NCBI GenBank assembly: GCA_965213705.1
Contig: OZ243913.1
Location: 3,136,001 to 3,200,000, forward strand
From: Trueperaceae bacterium
GTDB taxonomy: Bacteria > Deinococcota > Deinococci > Deinococcales > Trueperaceae
DNA: 64,000 bases
Direction of reading: 5' to 3'
Shown: piece after piece, positions 60,526 to 64,000 of the stretch
Numbering within the stretch: the first letter of the stretch is position 1
Layout of the letters: every line of letters begins with the position of its first letter
Notes under the pieces: model-generated
Told to the model about the DNA's origin: nothing
Database searches by the model: none
Seen by the model: the letters and a program-made list of their open reading frames with translations, nothing else
Translations under genes and position numbers: made by a program

Positions 60526-62376
60526 ATGGCTTACGAGTTCGAGCAGTTTACGGCGGTGCGGCTCTTCACGAGCGCAGCTTACTCACCGGACGGCAGGAGT
60601 ATCGCCTACATCGCCAACACCTCGGGTGAGTTCAACCTCTGGACGATGCCCGCCGGGGGCGGTTTCGCGCGGCAGCTCACCGGCTTTACGGACAAGGCGG
60701 TGCGCAGTTTCAAGTGGTCGCCGGATTCACGGCGCATCGCCTTTACCGCCGACCATCACGGCGACGAGATGCACCAGGTTTACGTGATGGAGGCCTCAAA
60801 CAGTTGGCCGCGGCAGCTTACCGACGCGGCGAACGTGCAGTATTCGCTCTCCAGCTGGACGCCGGACGGCAAGCGTCTTATTATCACCGGCAACGACCGC
60901 GAGCCGACCGAGATGGACCCGCAACTGCTCGAGGTAGAGACGGGCAGCGTAAAACGCCTCATGACCGGCGGGCGCTATTACGGCGCAGAGGTGTCGCCGG
61001 ACGGGAAACACCTCCTCATCGTCGAACTCAACGGCAACACCGACCAGAACATTTTTGTTTACAACCTCGAGACCGGCGAACACACCAACGCCACCGAACA
61101 CGAAAAGGAAACCGTTTTTTGGCCCGGTCCTTGGAAGAACGACGGCAGCGGTTTTTACCTCGTCACCAACGACGGGCGTGAATACAACGGCGTGGCGTTT
61201 TACAGCCTCGAGCGCCAAACTTGGGACTGGGTGTACACGCCCGAGGCGGACATCGAGCACGTCGTTGTGTCCGCAACCGGCGACATGATTCTTTACAACG
61301 TCAACGTCGCGGGCGGCTCGCAACTGCACACTGGAGAACACAGCGAAGGAAGCAGCGACGAGCAGAGTTTACCGGAGTTGCCCCTGGGCATCATCTCCGA
61401 CCTCGACCTGAACCCCGATGGCAGCAAGGCGGTGCTACTTTTCTCGAGACCGCAAGAGGCCGTCAACTTGTACGAACTCGAACTGGCGACAGGGGGCTTG
61501 CAGGCGCTCGAGCAAAGCATGATTGGCGGCATCGACTTAGACGACTTGCTCGAGCCCGACCTCATCCACTACTCGAGCTTCGACGGGCGCGATGTCCCCG
61601 CGTGGCTTTACAAACCCAGAAACGCCGAGGGGAAGTGTCCCGTTGTCCTGTCGATTCACGGCGGCCCCGAATCGCAGGAGCGGCCTGGATACGCCTACGC
61701 GGGGCTGTACCAGTACCTCTTGAGCCGCGGCGTCGGCGTGCTCGCGCCGAACATTCGCGGCTCGACGGGTTACGGCATTACTTACCAAAAGCTCATCCAC
61801 CGCGACTGGGGTGGCGACGAGCTGAAAGACATCGAGCACGCGGCGAAGTATTTGCAAGGCTTGGACTGGGTGGACGGGGAACGCTTGGCGGTGTTCGGTG
61901 GCAGCTTCGGCGGTTTCGCCGTCTTAAGCGCGGTGACGCGCCTGCCCGACTACTGGGTGGCGGGCGTGGACATCGTGGGGCCTGCGAACCTCGTCACCTT
62001 CGCCAAGGCCGTGCCGCCCCACTGGCGCGCGATGATGAAAACCTGGGTCGGCGACCCCGAGGAAGACGCCGACTTTTTGATGGAGCGCTCGCCCATCAGC
62101 TACGTCGAGAACGTCACCGTTCCCCTTCTCGTCATCCAGGGCGCGAACGACCCCCGCGTGGTCAAGGCCGAGTCGGACCAGATGGTCGAAAAAATGCGTG
62201 AAAAAGGCTTGGCAGTCGAGTATTACGTCGATGATAAAAGCGGCCACGGCCCCACCAACCGCGAGGAGCGCAACAAGTGGATGCGGATGAGCGGCGACTT
62301 TTTGCTCACGCAGTTCGGGCTGGGAGAAGGGCTCGAGCCCACCGACGAAACCGCCGAAAGGGAGGCTGCCGACTGA
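60526..62376 (+). CDS. S9 family peptidase (beta-propeller plus alpha/beta hydrolase)
   Basis: [31 protein letters not shown]. Confidence 0.92.
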   Translation: MAYEFEQFTAVRLFTSAAYSPDGRSIAYIANTSGEFNLWTMPAGGGFARQLTGFTDKAVRSFKWSPDSRRIAFTADHHGDEMHQVYVMEASNSWPRQLTDAANVQYSLSSWTPDGKRLIITGNDREPTEMDPQLLEVETGSVKRLMTGGRYYGAEVSPDGKHLLIVELNGNTDQNIFVYNLETGEHTNATEHEKETVFWPGPWKNDGSGFYLVTNDGREYNGVAFYSLERQTWDWVYTPEADIEHVVVSATGDMILYNVNVAGGSQLHTGEHSEGSSDEQSLPELPLGIISDLDLNPDGSKAVLLFSRPQEAVNLYELELATGGLQALEQSMIGGIDLDDLLEPDLIHYSSFDGRDVPAWLYKPRNAEGKCPVVLSIHGGPESQERPGYAYAGLYQYLLSRGVGVLAPNIRGSTGYGITYQKLIHRDWGGDELKDIEHAAKYLQGLDWVDGERLAVFGGSFGGFAVLSAVTRLPDYWVAGVDIVGPANLVTFAKAVPPHWRAMMKTWVGDPEEDADFLMERSPISYVENVTVPLLVIQGANDPRVVKAESDQMVEKMREKGLAVEYYVDDKSGHGPTNREERNKWMRMSGDFLLTQFGLGEGLEPTDETAEREAAD

Positions 62377-62449
62377 AGCTCGAGCCGACTCGCTAAACAC
62401 CAAGCCTTTCAACTCAGAAATTCACTGGACAATGCGCTAAGCTGAGGTC

Positions 62450-62710
62450 ATGGTCAACGCCCACGCCACCCTCACGATTCCGCAGGATGTTCTCGACTCC
62501 GCCCGGCTCACGGCGGAAGAAGCGAAGCAGGAACTCGCCGTGAGCCTTTACGCCAACGGTCGCTTGTCCGTCGGCAAGGCTCGAGAGCTGGCGGACATGT
62601 CGCTGTGGAGCTTCCGGCATCTTCTGGCTTCGAGAAATATCCCCGTCCACTACGGCCTCGAGGACCTAAAGGATGACCTCAACACCTTAAATAATCTAAA
62701 GCGTTCGTGA
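62450..62710 (+). CDS. UPF0175 family protein (antitoxin-like)
   Basis: ELAV.LY..G.LS.GKA.ELA.M....F..LL..R.I. Confidence 0.85.
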   Translation: MVNAHATLTIPQDVLDSARLTAEEAKQELAVSLYANGRLSVGKARELADMSLWSFRHLLASRNIPVHYGLEDLKDDLNTLNNLKRS

Positions 62711-63196
62711 TTGTCGCTGATACCTCACCGTTGACCAACCTCGCAGCCATCGGACAGTTTGAACTTCTGGCGAAACTTTACGGCCGACTTTACATTAGCC
62801 GAGGCCGTGTGGCAAGAACTAAATGCCGACGGTAAACGCCATCCCGGACGAGAGGAAGTGGCTGCCGCCGAATGGGTCGAACGCCATAAGGTCAACAATC
62901 TTTCGCTCGTTCAAGCACTGCAACGCGATTTGGACCCAGGTGAATCGGAAACCATCGCGCTGGCCGTAGAGTTGAGTGCCGATGTTGCACTGCTCGATGA
63001 GCGTGAGGGGCGTCACGCAGCCAAACGGCTCGGTGTACGAACACTCGGAGTAGTGGGAATTTTGCTCGACGCTAAAACCCACAACTACATCCGCACCGTC
63101 AAACCCCATCTCGACGCCTTGCGGACGGTCGCGGGATTCTATTTGCGAGACACTGTCTACGAGCAAGTTCTAGCTATCGCCGCTGAGCTAAACTGA
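62707..63196 (+). pseudogene. DUF3368 / PIN-like toxin with +1 frameshift near 62797
   Basis: GTG-IVADTSPL.NLA.IG...LY..LYI switches frame to AEAVWQEL...LDPGESE.IALA...LLDE..GR. Confidence 0.8.
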
Positions 63197-63203
63197 CCAG
63201 TCT

Positions 63204-64000
63204 ATGAGCACACCCACCCAAACCGTCGCCATCGTCGGAGGAGGCGTGTCCGGGCTGGCGACGGCTTTTTTCGTCCGCCAAGCAAAGCCCGACTGGCGCG
63301 TCACCGTGTTTGAAAAAGAGTCTGAGCCCGGCGGCAAGGTGCGCTCCTCGGTGCAAAACGGTTTCACCTTCGACTGGGGGCCGAACGGCTTTCTGGCGAA
63401 CGTCCCGGAGACGGTAGAGTTGGCAAAAGCGCTCGGTTTGACAGAGGTTTTGCAACCCGCCGCCGACACGGCCAAGTACCGTTTTCTCTATCAAGACGGC
63501 GGACTGAGGCCGCTGCCCGACGCGCCGCCCAAGTTCCTCACGACCGAGTTGCTGTCGCCGTTCGAAAAGGTGCGGGCAGGGCTCGAGCTGTTCAGCCGCC
63601 CCGGCGACCGCGAAGAAACCGTTTATGCCTTTGTAGCCCGCCACTTCGGCAAGGGTTTCGCCGACGCTCTCGCGGGCGCGGCGGTCCTGGGCATTACCGC
63701 AGGCGACGCGAAAGAACTCAGTGTAGACGCCCTATTTCCGAGGTTGCGAGCCCTCGAGCGGGAACACGGCAGCCTTCTCCGCAGCCTCGTCAAACAGCAG
63801 CGCGAGGCGAAACAGCGTCCCAAATCGGCGGGGCGTTTGACGAGCTTCAAGGCGGGGGGCATCGGCACACTCGTCGAAACTTTGCGAACGCGGCTCGGTG
63901 ACAGTTTTCAAACCGGCACCACCGTCACCGGTCTCTCCCCCACCGCTCGGGGCTACACCTTGGCACTTTCGAACGGTGAGACCTTCAGCGCCGACGCGGT
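63204..64000 (+). CDS. hemY: Protoporphyrinogen/coproporphyrinogen oxidase, HemY family (runs off window end)
   Basis: Manual translation: VAIVGGGVSGLATA, FEKE..PGGKVRS, FTFDWGPNGFL, GITAGD...LSV..LFP. Confidence 0.88.
   Translation, partial: MSTPTQTVAIVGGGVSGLATAFFVRQAKPDWRVTVFEKESEPGGKVRSSVQNGFTFDWGPNGFLANVPETVELAKALGLTEVLQPAADTAKYRFLYQDGGLRPLPDAPPKFLTTELLSPFEKVRAGLELFSRPGDREETVYAFVARHFGKGFADALAGAAVLGITAGDAKELSVDALFPRLRALEREHGSLLRSLVKQQREAKQRPKSAGRLTSFKAGGIGTLVETLRTRLGDSFQTGTTVTGLSPTARGYTLALSNGETFSADA

Overview
GC-rich bacterial chromosomal window, most likely Deinococcota (Truepera-like), judged from the RpoD, LepB and Lgt sequence style. It has about 60 mostly housekeeping or metabolic genes: lepB, malZ, rpoD, amt-glnK, carA, glmU-like, lgt, pgk, potBC, coxGSLM, trxB, hemH, pepA and hemY. 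Small toxin-antitoxin and Uma2 cassettes are interspersed, two of them decaying. No rRNA, tRNA, CRISPR array, integrase or transposase was recognised. Most notable: (1) a second RpoD-family sigma paralog with a perfect TTGACA-17-TATAAT promoter, next to an orphan NarL-type regulator, a CsbD-like gene and a promoter-operator-hairpin unit that looks like a ~60-nt small RNA; (2) a ferrochelatase closely resembling the animal mitochondrial [2Fe-2S] enzyme; (3) strong over-representation of the palindrome CTCGAG and near-absence of GATC, with a TA cassette bracketed by a diverged duplication of the spp 3' end that starts exactly at CTCGAG; (4) a split sucrose-phosphate synthase/phosphatase pair, a GldC homolog, a C-terminally short GlmU and a CstR-like persulfide module. 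All calls were made by eye and no searches were run.
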